DNA of 64,000 bases from an uncultured delta proteobacterium. GTDB taxonomy: Bacteria > Myxococcota_A > Polyangia > Polyangiales > Polyangiaceae. Positions within the stretch are counted from its first letter, which is position 1; each line of letters begins with the position of its first letter. Where the stretch lies: contig CAWDXG010000001.1 in NCBI GenBank assembly GCA_963806225.1, positions 32,001-96,000 on the forward strand, read 5' to 3'. Below, piece by piece: positions 10,241 through 20,885 of this stretch. Made by a program: the position numbers and the translations under genes. The notes beneath the pieces were generated by a model that was not told where the DNA came from, did no database searches, and saw only the letters and a list, made by a program, of their open reading frames with translations.

Positions 10241-11410
10241 TCAGGGGGCGAGCGAGTCGCAGTCGAAGCTGTCGGAGTGCAGGCCCGAGCCGCTGGCACT
10301 GAAGCTCGTCACGTCCACCGACCCGCTTACGCCGGCGTCGGTCTGTATGCTGATGAACACGCGCGCCTGCGTCGGCGCGAAAGTCACCGTCTTGGTCTCG
10401 GTGTGGCCGCTGATGGTCGCCGAGGTGGTCAGGGTATTGCCGGTTCTCGAGATTTCGAGCTGTCCCGACGAAGCCGGCGCGTATCCCGGGCCGGTGGACG
10501 ACGTGAAGCCCAGAAACGACCCGAGCACCGCGTAGTTCGGCGTCTTCGTCGCCCACAACCACGCTTCGTCGGCGTTTGCTTCCTTGACGGCCAGCATGAT
10601 CGTGACGCCGTTTCCGTCCTGGGTCGCGTCGCTCGTCAGGTTCTGGAACGCGACCTTGAAGTCGAAGTCGCCGAGCGTACCAACCTGGCGCACGGCGTAG
10701 GTCCCGCTCGTGTTGGTCCAGCATTGGCTCGGCGTGCCGGAAGTGGCGAGATGCAGCGACCCGTTGGCGACCGAGGCCGAGCTCTGGCTCGTGCCGCCGT
10801 CGCAACCGACCACCTTGCGCCAGAGCTTCCGGCACGAGCCGGAAGCGGGGCAGGTGTCGCAGCCGAGGCTGCCGACCTCGCCGACGCAGACCGCGTCCCA
10901 GGCGGTGCCGCAGCAGTAGTCGTCCTCCGCGCAGACGCAGGTCTGGGTGCTGAAGTCGTTGAACGACGAGCAGCCTCCCTGGGGGTCGAGGGAGCAGCAC
11001 GTATTGCCTGCGGTTCCACCCGCGCCTGCGGTTCCACCCGCGCCTGCGGTTCCACCCGCGCCTGCGGTTCCACTCGTTCCGCCGGTGCCTCCGGCTCCGG
11101 TGCCGGAGGAGCCACCGCTGCCTGCGCTGCCGCCCACGCCTGCGCTGCCGCCGCCGGTGCCGGCCGACGCTCCTGTGCCCTGTGAGCCCGCAGTCCCCGC
11201 CCCGCCGTCAGTCCCCGCACCGCCACCCGTTGCGCTGCCGGAGCTGCCGCTGCTGCCGGCCATGCCACCGTCCTTGCCGCCCGCGCCACCCGCACCCTGG
11301 TCTTTCGAGCTGCTGCACGCGCTCACGAGCAACGCACTGGCCAACGCGATGAACCGGATCGCGCCCGCCGCTCGAAACCATCTACACCCGGGTCCATCGG
11401 CCGTACGCAT
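10241..11410 (-). CDS. Lipoprotein with Gly-rich linker and Cys-rich module
   Basis: Lipobox VSAC; CVCAEDDYCCGTAWDAVCV motif; 18-bp tandem repeats near 11006-11073. Confidence 0.75.
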   Translation of the reverse strand: MRTADGPGCRWFRAAGAIRFIALASALLVSACSSSKDQGAGGAGGKDGGMAGSSGSSGSATGGGAGTDGGAGTAGSQGTGASAGTGGGSAGVGGSAGSGGSSGTGAGGTGGTSGTAGAGGTAGAGGTAGAGGTAGNTCCSLDPQGGCSSFNDFSTQTCVCAEDDYCCGTAWDAVCVGEVGSLGCDTCPASGSCRKLWRKVVGCDGGTSQSSASVANGSLHLATSGTPSQCWTNTSGTYAVRQVGTLGDFDFKVAFQNLTSDATQDGNGVTIMLAVKEANADEAWLWATKTPNYAVLGSFLGFTSSTGPGYAPASSGQLEISRTGNTLTTSATISGHTETKTVTFAPTQARVFISIQTDAGVSGSVDVTSFSASGSGLHSDSFDCDSLAP

Positions 11411-11519
11411 GGCCGGAGCGTAGGTGTGCACACAGAGGCCCCACAAGGACACCCGGCGCCAATCGCCGGGACACTCCGCGCCATGCAGCGCCCCGAACCC
11501 CGGCGTGCGGCGTCGGCCG

Positions 11520-12775
11520 ACGCCGCCTCGGGGCGCACGGCATCCGCGCCGGCAAGGGCGGCGCGGTCACCGCCGTGCAACGGGTCTCGAGCGATCTGCG
11601 GCTCAATCCCCACTTCCACACGCTGGCGCTGGATGGAGTGTTCGCCGAAGACGAGGAGGGCGGCGAGCTCTCGTTCCACGCGCTGCCGTGTCTCACCAAC
11701 GACGACGTCGCCGACCTCTTGCAGATCGCGCGCACGCGCATCCTCGCGCTCCTCCGTCGCAAGCGCGTGATCACCGACGACGCCGTCACGGCCGACGCCG
11801 CGCTCGGCGAGAGCGAGCCCGCGCTGGCAGAGCTCGCCGTCGCCTCGACGCTCGGCAGCGTGCCGGCAGGACCCGCGCTGCGCCGCCGCGAGCCCGTCCG
11901 GCTGCGCGACGACCGCGGCCTGGAAGTCACCAAGGGTCTGTGCGCCGTGGAGGGCGGCTTCTCGCTCCATGCCGCCACTACCGCGAGCGCCAGCGACGTT
12001 GCGGGAAAGGAAGCCCTCTGCCGCTACATCCTCCGCCCGCCGATCGCCGCCGAGCGCGTGCAGCTCGTCGAGGGCGACCTCGTCCGCCTGGTGCTGAAGC
12101 GGCCGTTCAGCGACGGGACATTCGCCATCGATCTGGATCCGCTCTCGCTCCTCTGCCGGCTCGCGACGGCGGTGCCGCCCCCGCGCTTCAACACGGTGAG
12201 ATACGCCGGCGTGCTCGCGGCGGCGAGCAAGTGGCGCGCGCGCATCGTGCCGCCGCTGCCACCGGAAACAGGCAGCGACGACGAGTGCGCGAGGTGCACC
12301 GCCAGGAAGGCCAAGCCGGCCACCCACCGCTCGGGTTATCGCCCGTGGGCGGAGCTCTTGAAGCGCTCCTTCCGCATCGAGGTCGAGCGCTGCAGCAAGT
12401 GCGGCGGACGCTTGAAAATGCGCGCGCTGGTGATCACCGCCGCCGGCATCCGCCGCTACCTCCGCTGGCTCGGCGAGGCCAGCGAGCCGCCCGCGCTCGC
12501 GCCCGCGCGGGGGCCGCCGTTCTTTTCGAGCCGCGTCATCCGCCGAAGGCTCGGTGAGCCCGTGCAGGCGGAGCTGTTCGACGCGCACTGAACGCGCCGT
12601 CGCCGGCGCACCGGTGCGCCTCGAGCGCGCTACCCGCCGCGACGCAGGCCCGACCGAGCGCCGAATGGCCACGCCGCAGCCTTCCTATCCGCCCTGGCAA
12701 CCGCACCTGCTCCCTTGCCGCCCGGAGCCTGCGCGCCCTGGCGTCGCGGGCGGGACGCTCATGTTACCTACGCGC
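11520..12775 (+). mobile_element. IS91/ISCR-like element copy B; 5'-truncated transposase ending at 12591 plus conserved end
   Basis: HUH motif NPHFH, single-Tyr CRYILRPP; ends GACGCTCATGTTACCTACGCGC. Confidence 0.92.
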
Positions 12776-13329
12776 CGTTGAGCAGCGGGACGAAACCGGT
12801 GTTGGTCTTCCGCCGGGCATGGACCCCGTAGAGACTGGTCTCGGCGTCGCGGATCTTTCCGGTGAAACCGAGCGCGACGTCGAGGTCTTCCGTCCAGACG
12901 ATGCTGTAGCGATAGGTCAGGCGGTACGAATCGAAACGGTAGACAGCAAAGAGCGGCGTTCCCGCTGGATAGGTCGCGTCCATGAACTGGACGTCCCGGT
13001 CCATGCTGCCGCGGGCATCGAGCTGGAGGGGTGCGTAGAGTGCCGTGATCAGGTGACGGTCTGCGATGCGATAACCCAGCCGCACCCGGAAAGCCGGTGC
13101 GGGCGACGTGGAGAGATCGTGGACGAACGAAAGCTTGGTGCCGCTGTCGCCCGGGATGCGCGTGTCGATGCGGCTCGGCACCACGACCGAGGCCTCGACC
13201 TCTGCCTCGACGCCGGCCGACGCGTGGCCAGTAGAAAGAGCAATCGTCAGCGCCGTTCCAAGTGAAAGCGAAAGCGAAAGCGTCCTCGAGTGACGGACCG
13301 CCCGGCGTGGGCCGTGGAGCACAGCCCAT
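12776..13329 (-). pseudogene. Probable outer-membrane beta-barrel protein, C-terminally truncated by the IS end
   Basis: Signal-like N-terminus, amphipathic strands (FRVRLGYR, YRFDSYRLTYRY); frame runs into the IS terminus. Confidence 0.6.
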
Positions 13330-13492
13330 CGGGCCCGTGCGGGCGGTCTTCCGGTCCGGCGTGTCTCGCTATGCATGCTCCCCCCCTTTCATGGCGTGGT
13401 CTGCACGAGGTGTGCCGGCACTCCGGCTGTCACCGACCTGCGATTCCGCCGACGGCCAGCCTCGAGCGCGCAGCCAAGGCGCCCGCGGCCGT

Positions 13493-13908
13493 TCACCTCG
13501 GCAGGGATTGCGTCGTTGTCATCAAGTCCGGCCCGAGAACCCCGCAGCACATGCCGCCGCCCACCATGAAGCAGATCCCGCCGAACATCCGGCGCTCGGT
13601 CACGTCCTCCGCTTGTTCGGCGAGGACGCGGCGGATCCTGCCTGCGAGCTTCTCGTCGCAGGCCACGGCGCTCGAGCCGCAGGCGCTGAACGGCGCGCTG
13701 TCGAAGTAGATCTCGAACGAGTCGATGTGGTCGTCCTTCACCGCGAAGAACTCCACCACGTCGCAGGTGAAGGGACTGCCCGCCGGTGGCTTCCACCTGG
13801 TAACGTCCTCCGACCCTGAGCTCGAAGCTCGCCGTCTGTCCCATCCAGCGCGTTGCCTTTCTTGGATCGGCCAGGAGCTGCCAGACGACGTGGCGGTTCA
13901 GCTCGACG
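13493..13908 (-). pseudogene. Mosaic of gene scraps: SRPBCC-like, SnoaL-like and TfoX N-terminal fragments
   Basis: VWQLLADP...RWMG...ELRVGGRY; VEFFAVKDDHIDSFEIYFD; DEKLAGRIR...ERRMFGGICFMVGGGMCCGV. Confidence 0.55.
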
Positions 13909-14349
13909 GTGAACGACTTCAACTACTACGGGCCGCTGTCGAAGATGGCGGGGATCGGCTGCGCGTGGCCGGCGGGGCTCGCGACGCACGCGAACGACCC
14001 GGTGTTCTGGGCGACGGCGGGCGGCAAGACGTACACGAGCTGGATGCAGACGCCGGCGTGCAACATCGCGCTGGCGACCTGGTACTACTTCGAGAACGCG
14101 ACGGGCAACGGCGGGCAGACTCCGATCTACACGTACCAGTACTGCAAGGGGCAGGGCATCGCGGGCGACATGGTCATAGGTCTGCTCTCGCACCTCGAGG
14201 GCCCGGGCTTCCCCCGCCCCCCCGACGCCACGAACCCCTACGTCACCGGCATCAAGTCGCGCTTCGTGACGCTCATCGGCGGCACCTTGCCGAGCCCGGA
14301 ACCGTTCACGGAGTCGCTGGTGCCGGAGGTTACGAAGTACTGCAAGTGA
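13909..14349 (+). pseudogene. 3' part of a secreted-type protein of unknown function, 5' end missing
   Basis: Strong host-like codon bias, no RBS or signal; abuts unrelated opposite-strand scrap. Confidence 0.55.
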
Positions 14350-14408
14350 CGTTGCGTGCGCGCGGAGAACGGGCTTGCGGAAGCGCCCTGCCAGGGTATG
14401 ATTTCCGT

Positions 14409-14636
14409 ATGCAGAAGGCGCGCGTGACGGTGACGGTACGCCGTGAGATCCTGGACAAGGCCGAGCGGCAGGTGAAGAAGGGGCGTGCCAAGTCGGTCAG
14501 TGCCTGGGTGGACTCGGCGATGGAGGAGAAGGCGCGGCGCGAGGAGCTCGCGGCCTTGCTCGCCGAGATGAAAGCAGAGAACGGCCGGGCTACCGCCAAG
14601 GAGGAGGCGTGGGCGCGCGCCGTCCTCGGCCTGTAG
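14409..14636 (+). CDS. Ribbon-helix-helix-type antitoxin
   Basis: MQKARVTVTV...SVSAWVDSAMEEK; overlaps the downstream PIN gene. Confidence 0.8.
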   Translation: MQKARVTVTVRREILDKAERQVKKGRAKSVSAWVDSAMEEKARREELAALLAEMKAENGRATAKEEAWARAVLGL

Positions 14637-15001
14637 TCCTCGACGCGGGCGCGTTCATCGCTTTCGAGAAGAACGACCGCAGGGTCAGGACGCTGGTGGA
14701 GCTGGCGATGCGGCACGGCGGAGTCCTCCTCGCTCCGGCCGGCGTTGTGGCACAGGTGTGGCGCAACGGCCGGCGCCAGGCACGGCTGGCGCGCTTGCTG
14801 GGCTCGGGCATCGTCAGAGTCGAGGCGCTCGACCAGGAGGAAGCGCAGGCCGTCGGGGTGGTGTGCGGCGAAAGCGGGACGAAGGATGTGGTCGACGCCA
14901 GCGTGGCGCTCCTTTCGCGACGCCACGGCGCTGTGGTGGTGACGAGCGATCCGGATGACCTCAAGGCGATCGACGCTAGCCTGCAGGTCGTGGAGTGCTG
15001 A
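14609..15001 (+). CDS. PIN-domain (VapC-like) toxin
   Basis: VVLDAGAFIA...DVVDASV...VVTSDPDDL acidic PIN motifs. Confidence 0.85.
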   Translation: MGARRPRPVVLDAGAFIAFEKNDRRVRTLVELAMRHGGVLLAPAGVVAQVWRNGRRQARLARLLGSGIVRVEALDQEEAQAVGVVCGESGTKDVVDASVALLSRRHGAVVVTSDPDDLKAIDASLQVVEC

Positions 15002-15209
15002 GCCGCATGGGCGCAACAGGCCCGCCAATGCCTCGAGGGCCCCGGCTTCCGCCGCCCCCCCCGACGCCACGAACCCCTACGTCGTCGGCGTCAAGTCGCG
15101 CTTCGTCACGCTGATCGGCGGCACACTGCCGAGCCCCGATCCGTTCACGGAGTCGCTGGTGCCGGAGGTGACGAAGTACTGCAAGTGACGGGGGCTCGAC
15201 GCCCGCGCG

Positions 15210-15803
15210 TCAGGGGCCGCCCATAGCGCAGGTGTAGTCGGGGACGCCGGTGCACGCGACGAGCGCGGCAAAGCAACCGTGGGCGCACAAGCACGCGTTG
15301 CACTGCACCTTGCTGGCGAGACAGTCGGTGATGCAGTTCTGCAACCCGCAGGCCGTGACGTCCACGAAGCACATGGCGCAACCCTGCGAAAAAGCGTGCT
15401 TCGTCTGCTGCTCGATGCACGCCAGCGTGCAAGCGTTTGGATCCGGCTGGCTCGGGCAGGGCAGCGCACACGCTTGCGCGATGTCGTACACGGAGCCCAT
15501 CCCCCCATCCTGAAGCGGGTAGCTCGCCTTGTACGCGGCCAGGTCGGCGGGGTCGGTGCAGTGGCCCGAGACAGGCGTTGTGCCGGCCGAGTCTCCGGCT
15601 TCCAGGGTCACGCCCCCGTCGAAGACCGGACCGCTGCCGCCCGTGGTGGCGGCGTTCGCGCCGGCGCCCACGGCTCCGCTTCCGCCGCTTCCGCCGTTTC
15701 CGCCGCTTGCGTTGCCCGCGTCACCCGCGCCCGACACCACCGAGCCACCGCAACCGGCGGCCAGCAGAAGGCCTAGCAGGATCGATCGTCCACGAACGCG
15801 CAT
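15210..15803 (-). CDS. Small Cys-rich lipoprotein
   Basis: GGAGG RBS, lipobox AAGC, many CxxxC motifs. Confidence 0.8.
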   Translation of the reverse strand: MRVRGRSILLGLLLAAGCGGSVVSGAGDAGNASGGNGGSGGSGAVGAGANAATTGGSGPVFDGGVTLEAGDSAGTTPVSGHCTDPADLAAYKASYPLQDGGMGSVYDIAQACALPCPSQPDPNACTLACIEQQTKHAFSQGCAMCFVDVTACGLQNCITDCLASKVQCNACLCAHGCFAALVACTGVPDYTCAMGGP

Positions 15804-16165
15804 CGCACCCTCCTGGACCCATTCTAGCAGATTGCGCCGGCCCATCGGGAAACACGGACAGGCGCTCTTGCCGGCGCTGTACCATGGCGAATGCGACGAC
15901 GGCATTCACGCTGTGCTTCCCCCCCGGATGTCGCGTGCCGGTCTGGTCTTGGTCCTTGTTGCGCTGGGCGCATGCGCTGCTCGCGAGGGCGCCAAACCGA
16001 CCAGGCGAAGGGCGCGACCCAGCGACCCGATGTGCCGGGAGATCCGCTCTGCAGCGAAGAGAAGGTCGGCCCGCGCCACGAGCCGGCGCTCGACTGCGAC
16101 ACGAACGAGGTCGTCCCCCGCGGAACGGTCGGTTCGTGCGGACGTTGCACTGAGAGACCAGCGGA

Positions 16166-16560
16166 TCACTGGTGCCGCTTCGGGTCGATCATCTCGACCT
16201 CGACGGCGGAGCTCGGCGGCTCGTAGACGGGCTTGTCGCCGCTGTCGACCAGCTCGAAGCGGCTCTTCGCGATGCCGTCTGCGACGAAGCGGGCGAGCAC
16301 TGCCTTCATCCGTCGCTCTGCCAGCGCGGGGTTGTGCTCGGACTTGTCGTAGTGGCCGCGGATCTGCATGCGCTTCTCGCAGCGGATCTTCATGTCGGCG
16401 GCGATCTGATCCACGTCGGCGTTGGCCTGGGCGTCGAGCTTCGCGGAGCCCGGCGCGAAGCGAACGAGGTGGGGCATCACGCGGCAACCCTCGAGCGTCA
16501 GCAAACGCTTCCCGCGGATGTCGCTCTGCCACGCGCGTTGGAACGCGCGCGCCGACTCTG
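16166..16560 (-). pseudogene. OmpA-like peptidoglycan-binding domain, 5' end replaced by an IS end
   Basis: VRFAPGSAKLD...IRGHYD...LAERRMKAV...GIAKSRF. Confidence 0.7.
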
Positions 16561-16735
16561 CGCCGGCGCACCGGTGCGCCTCGAGCGCGCTACCCGCCGC
16601 GACGCAGGCCCGACCGAGCGCCGAATGGCCACGCCGCAGCCTTCCTATCCGCCCTGGCAACCGCACCTGCTCCCTTGCCGCCCGGAGCCTGCGCGCCCTG
16701 GCGTCGCGGGCGGGACGCTCATGTTACCTACGCGC
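16561..16735 (+). mobile_element. IS91-like copy C: only the ~175-bp non-coding end
   Basis: Matches 12601-12775 base for base as far as I can read. Confidence 0.92.
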
Positions 16736-17181
16736 CGCGCTGGCGAGGCAAGCGGGTCTTTTGCGCAGCGCCGGAGTCGGACCGCATCAATCCACTCGTG
16801 CAGGCGTGTCAGCACTTCTACCCATGGGACGGTGCTTTTCTACGCGCGGACCGGGCGCTTTTCGACGCGCTCGCTCCGGGGTCGACGCTGGACCGATTCG
16901 TCACGACCGCAGGTGCCACGCACTTGTCCGTCAGTGCGGACGTTGCCGCCATCTGTGTGACGCGTTCAAGTGGCGGCTTCGCGGAGCTCCACGTCAAGAA
17001 CTTGGAGAAGGAATGGGCCGGTAGGTTCAGGCTTGAGCGGACAAAGCCGGGCGTCGTTCGGATGATTGCTCGCCCCGCTTCGGCCGAGGCATTCCCAGCC
17101 ATGCCCGTCGTGATGCAGGGCTTGACGCGGCACGTCGCAGCGTTTTCGGAAGCGGCTTGGTTCGGGCGCTGGGGCAAGTGA
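16736..17181 (+). pseudogene. 3' fragment of an unknown gene directly after the IS end
   Basis: Open frame to the stop at 17181 with no start of its own. Confidence 0.4.
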
Positions 17182-17202
17182 TGTGCCGTGAGCGGCGCCG
17201 CA

Positions 17203-17604
17203 TCACCGACCCCGCCTCGTGCGTTCCGCGTCGAGTGCGATCACCTCGCCGCCAGCGCCCGCGCGTGCCAGGCGCCGCGCTTCCAGCTCCCCGGCGATCT
17301 GTTGCACGACTTCCCAACGCTGGGCCTCGGCGGCCAGCACGAGGGCCCGCGCCAGGGCCGTCTCGACAACGCCGCTGAGTGCTGGGGCGTCGGCAGTTGT
17401 CGGACCCTGAGCGCGGCGCTCAGGGTCATCGACGGGGGAGGTCACGGTGCTGGCGCTCCCGGGTGGAGTCCGAATCGTCCCGAATCGTCCAGGGCCACCA
17501 GTATTCGTGGGGTTAGGCCCGCTGTCGCCGGGGTCGGGACCTTGGGCGACCGCGGCCGATTCCCCTTGATTCCTGCTGGATCGTGGGCTCTTCGCCCGGT
17601 TCAA
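17203..17604 (-). CDS. Small hypothetical protein of a kind I associate with ends of myxobacterial integrative elements
   Basis: VETALARALVLAAEAQRWEVVQQIAGELEARR...VIALDAER; adjacent to a tRNA fragment. Confidence 0.45.
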   Translation of the reverse strand: MNRAKSPRSSRNQGESAAVAQGPDPGDSGPNPTNTGGPGRFGTIRTPPGSASTVTSPVDDPERRAQGPTTADAPALSGVVETALARALVLAAEAQRWEVVQQIAGELEARRLARAGAGGEVIALDAERTRRGR

Positions 17605-17619
17605 GTCCTCTCCTTCGCA
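17598..17619 (+). other. 3' fragment of a tRNA (probably Leu), att-site-like remnant
   Basis: GGTTCAAGTCCTCTCCTTCGCA = T-loop plus 3' acceptor strand; no 5' tRNA half upstream. Confidence 0.6.
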
Positions 17620-18111
17620 GTGTTCGTCGCGTGACGTCGAAGTTCTCGCCCCGGGATCTCCCGGGGGCGCCGGACTTCGGCCTCATGTTCGGCCCTGGCC
17701 CTGGGCGTCCCTGGATCGTGAAGAGCGGCATCTAGCCGATGGAGCCCCGCGAATTCCTCGCTCGTCCCGCCCCCGGGCCGGACGTGGGCCGCGGGGACGG
17801 ATGGGGTGGGCCTGCTGGGGTACCTGGTTGGGTGTCCCCCCATAGAAGGTAGGACAAGCGACCGTCCGTAGGCGCGGGATGGCGCGAGCGCCGTCGGCCA
17901 GGAGCTCTTCGGGACCGAGGCGGTGGCGCGCAGCGAGCGCAGGCGGACCTGCGTGCTGGTGGAAATACCTAGATACCGGAGTCGGTATGCGTGATCGCCG
18001 TGGGCATGATGCTGGTGACATGGCCCCAGCGTCGATGACCTTGAATACGAATTAGCAGCGGAAGTGCATCGGGATCGGATACCCTTCGTCCAGGACTCCG
18101 GAGGTTCAACC

Positions 18112-20685
18112 TTGAAACACTTCGCTTTGATGTGCGCCTCGGTGGTTTGTGTCGTGGCGTTCGCTTCCGTCGCCTCGGCCACGGACTACACATGGATTGG
18201 CCCGTCGAGCTGCTCCAGCCCGCCGTGCGGAGGCGACTGGACCACCTCGGCCTACTGGAGCCCGAACGGCGTACCGGGCTCCGGCGATACCGCGACGATC
18301 AATGGCGCGGGCGACCCGAACACGACGGGCATCACCAGCGCAACGGCCACCGTGGCCAAGCTGACCGTCACCGGCAATACGGAGTTGCCGGACTGCATTC
18401 TCACTATCAAAGCGGGCGGCACGTTCAAGTGGACCGGCGGAAGCAAGGCCAGCATCGGCGGCAAGCTGACGATCAGCGCCGGTGCGAGCGGGACCCTCGA
18501 CGGCGAGCTCGAGCTGGCCGGGGGCGAGCTGGACAACGCCGGAACGCTCGACTGGACGGCGGGCGTGCTCTCCGGCGACAACAGCGCGATCTTCAGGAAC
18601 TCGGGCACGATGACCGTGTCGCCCGGCGCGAGCTTCGGATACGGCAGCGGCACGGACGACGCTGATCTCTACAACACGGGCACGTTCACCTTCACGGGGC
18701 CCGGCACGCTCTCGGACGAAAATGGCTACTGGGGACTGCACAACTCCGGAACCGTGACGGTGTCGAGCGGCACGTTCGAGCTCCACAACTCCGGCAACAC
18801 CAAGAGCACGTTCGAGGACGGCGGGCACATCTCGGGCGCAGGCACGCTGAAGCTCTACGAGCCGCTGCAGCAGTTCGGTACCGCTTCGTCCGAAACCGAC
18901 GCCACATTCACCGGCACGACGACCATCGACGCCGGCGGTACGCTCGAATTCGCCCACGGCTCGAACGTCGACGGCAACGGTACGATCGCGGGGCCGGGAA
19001 CGCTGGTGTGGAGCGGGGGCACCATTGCCGCCAACTCCCCGGCGGCCCCACTGGTCTGGAACGCGAGCCTGGTCGTGAAGATGACCGGCAGCGACGTGAA
19101 GAACCTGATCGGAACCATCGACAACAACGGCAAGGTCACGTGGGATGCCGGCGACTTCGGCGCTTCCCAGGGGGCCACGTTTGTCAACTCGGGAGACTTC
19201 ACGGCGACGGACGATCTCGCCATGGTCTACGGCCCGTCGGGCGGAGTGAACGGGGCGCTGTTCCAGAACAAGGGAACGTTCACAAAGTCCGGAGGTCCGG
19301 GCGCGGCCACGGTCGATCTGTGGAACTTCGAGAACGACGGCAAGGTCGACGCCGCCAGCGGCACGCTGGAGGTGCACGGCCCTCTCGAACATGCCATCAA
19401 CGACGGGTCGAGCTTCGACGGACACGTGACATACGGGGGGGCCGCGAGCTCGAGCCAGTCCGTGGTCGCGTTGACCGGCGCGACGACGTTGAACGCCGGA
19501 GCGACGCTCGAGCTGTCGACCCATGGCCAACTCACCGGCAACGGCACAGTCGCCGGTTCGGGCAAGACGCTGTTCACTGGCGGCGGGGCGGACGTCGCTG
19601 ACAAGGCTTCGATCACATTCGGCAAGGGCGGCGCCGTGGAGCTGGCGGACAATCCGTCGCAGAACGTGTTCTCGACGGCCGGCACCGGCGCGCTCACGTT
19701 CGCCGGCACCACCACGTGGACAGCGGGACAAGTGGAGCTGGATACCGGCACACTCACCAATACCGGCACGTTCACGGCGAAGACGGCGGCGCTCTTCACC
19801 GTGAACGGATTGGGTGCGACATTCGACAACCAGGGCACGCTCGTCGTCGATCCCGGTAGCGGAACCACGCAGTTCGACATCAGCATCAACGACTCGGGCA
19901 CGGTGAACGTGAAGAGCGGTACGGCCTGGTTGTCGGGCTACACCACGTACGTCCAGACCGCCGGAAGCCTCATGCTGACCGGCGGGGACATCGCGGCGTA
20001 CGTCGACAGCGGCGACCCCAAGAACCCCGGCAATCCGCTGACGCTCGACCTCAAGGGCGGTCGCCTGGAAGGCGCGGGCAACATCGACGCGGTCGTGAAC
20101 AACGAGGGCGGGACAGTCGCGCCGGGTGGCAGCGGGGCCGCGGGCACACTCAAGATCACGCAGACGTACACGCAGGCGTCCAAGGCCGGCATCGAGATCG
20201 AGCTGGGCGGCAACGCCACGGGGAAGTTCGACACGCTCGACGTGGCGGGCGACGCGACCCTGGACGGCACGATCAGCGTCGGGCTTGTCGGGAGCTTCCT
20301 GCCCGCGGTGGGCGACAGCTACAAGGTCATCACCTCGCCGAATGTCACGGGCACTTTCGCCGACGTCACGCAGTCGCCCAACGCGACCGTGAACGTGACG
20401 TACGATCCGACCGACGTGGTGCTCGGCGTGACCAGCGTGACTCCCCCGATGCCGGGCTCGGACGGCGGCACGAACCCGGACGGCGGCACGAACCCGGGCA
20501 CAGACGGCGGCACGAACCCGGGCACAGACGGCGGCGGCGACGCCGGCACGCCGCAGGCCGGCGGTGGCAGCGGCTCCGGAAGCGGAGGCTGTTCGATCGC
20601 CGCGCCCGGCGGCGCGGGCTCGTCGTTCGCAGCGTTGTTGGCACTCGCCGGTGCGGCCCTGCTGTTGCGGCGCCGACGGCGCTGA
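18112..20685 (+). CDS. Large secreted beta-helix/autotransporter-passenger-like protein with MYXO-CTERM anchor
   Basis: GGAGG RBS plus TTG; signal peptide; N.GT repeats; GTVAPG...GTL.I...DTLDVAGDATLDG; DGGTNP repeats; GGCSI...LLLRRRRR. Confidence 0.85.
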   Translation: MKHFALMCASVVCVVAFASVASATDYTWIGPSSCSSPPCGGDWTTSAYWSPNGVPGSGDTATINGAGDPNTTGITSATATVAKLTVTGNTELPDCILTIKAGGTFKWTGGSKASIGGKLTISAGASGTLDGELELAGGELDNAGTLDWTAGVLSGDNSAIFRNSGTMTVSPGASFGYGSGTDDADLYNTGTFTFTGPGTLSDENGYWGLHNSGTVTVSSGTFELHNSGNTKSTFEDGGHISGAGTLKLYEPLQQFGTASSETDATFTGTTTIDAGGTLEFAHGSNVDGNGTIAGPGTLVWSGGTIAANSPAAPLVWNASLVVKMTGSDVKNLIGTIDNNGKVTWDAGDFGASQGATFVNSGDFTATDDLAMVYGPSGGVNGALFQNKGTFTKSGGPGAATVDLWNFENDGKVDAASGTLEVHGPLEHAINDGSSFDGHVTYGGAASSSQSVVALTGATTLNAGATLELSTHGQLTGNGTVAGSGKTLFTGGGADVADKASITFGKGGAVELADNPSQNVFSTAGTGALTFAGTTTWTAGQVELDTGTLTNTGTFTAKTAALFTVNGLGATFDNQGTLVVDPGSGTTQFDISINDSGTVNVKSGTAWLSGYTTYVQTAGSLMLTGGDIAAYVDSGDPKNPGNPLTLDLKGGRLEGAGNIDAVVNNEGGTVAPGGSGAAGTLKITQTYTQASKAGIEIELGGNATGKFDTLDVAGDATLDGTISVGLVGSFLPAVGDSYKVITSPNVTGTFADVTQSPNATVNVTYDPTDVVLGVTSVTPPMPGSDGGTNPDGGTNPGTDGGTNPGTDGGGDAGTPQAGGGSGSGSGGCSIAAPGGAGSSFAALLALAGAALLLRRRRR

Positions 20686-20885
20686 GCGACGCGGGCGCGG
20701 CGCGCAGCCCAGGACGAGCCCGGTCATCGCGATGCGCTGCCGGTACTCGCCGGGGGCCGGGCGCTGCCGCGCACCTGCCAGACACGTCCCGGCATCGTGA
20801 TCCCCACAATCGCCGGAAGGGGTTACCCTGGGCGACGAGCGCTCGAGCCCTACCATGCAGTCACCAGGTCCCGCAGTTCCGGCCT

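Larger units (their letters stand above)
14193..15190 (+). repeat. ~158-bp imperfect direct repeats (14193-14351 and 15031-15190) bracketing a TA module
   Basis: Both encode EGPGF..PPDATNPYV.G.KSRFVTLIGGTLPSP.PFTESLVPEVTKYCK*. Confidence 0.92.

Noticed and set aside
15928..16160. Small lipoprotein MSRAGLVLVLVALGAC
   Set aside because: Needs a frameshift near 15998 and runs into the OmpA remnant; too uncertain to list as a gene.
17560..17625. Intact tRNA gene
   Set aside because: Only the T-loop and 3' acceptor strand are present; no D-arm or anticodon arm.
18106..20856. Long antisense and alternate-frame ORFs here and throughout (e.g. 23482-25374, 41420-43096, most of 29253-31592)
   Set aside because: Arg/Ala/Gly-rich shadows of real genes, expected in high-GC DNA.
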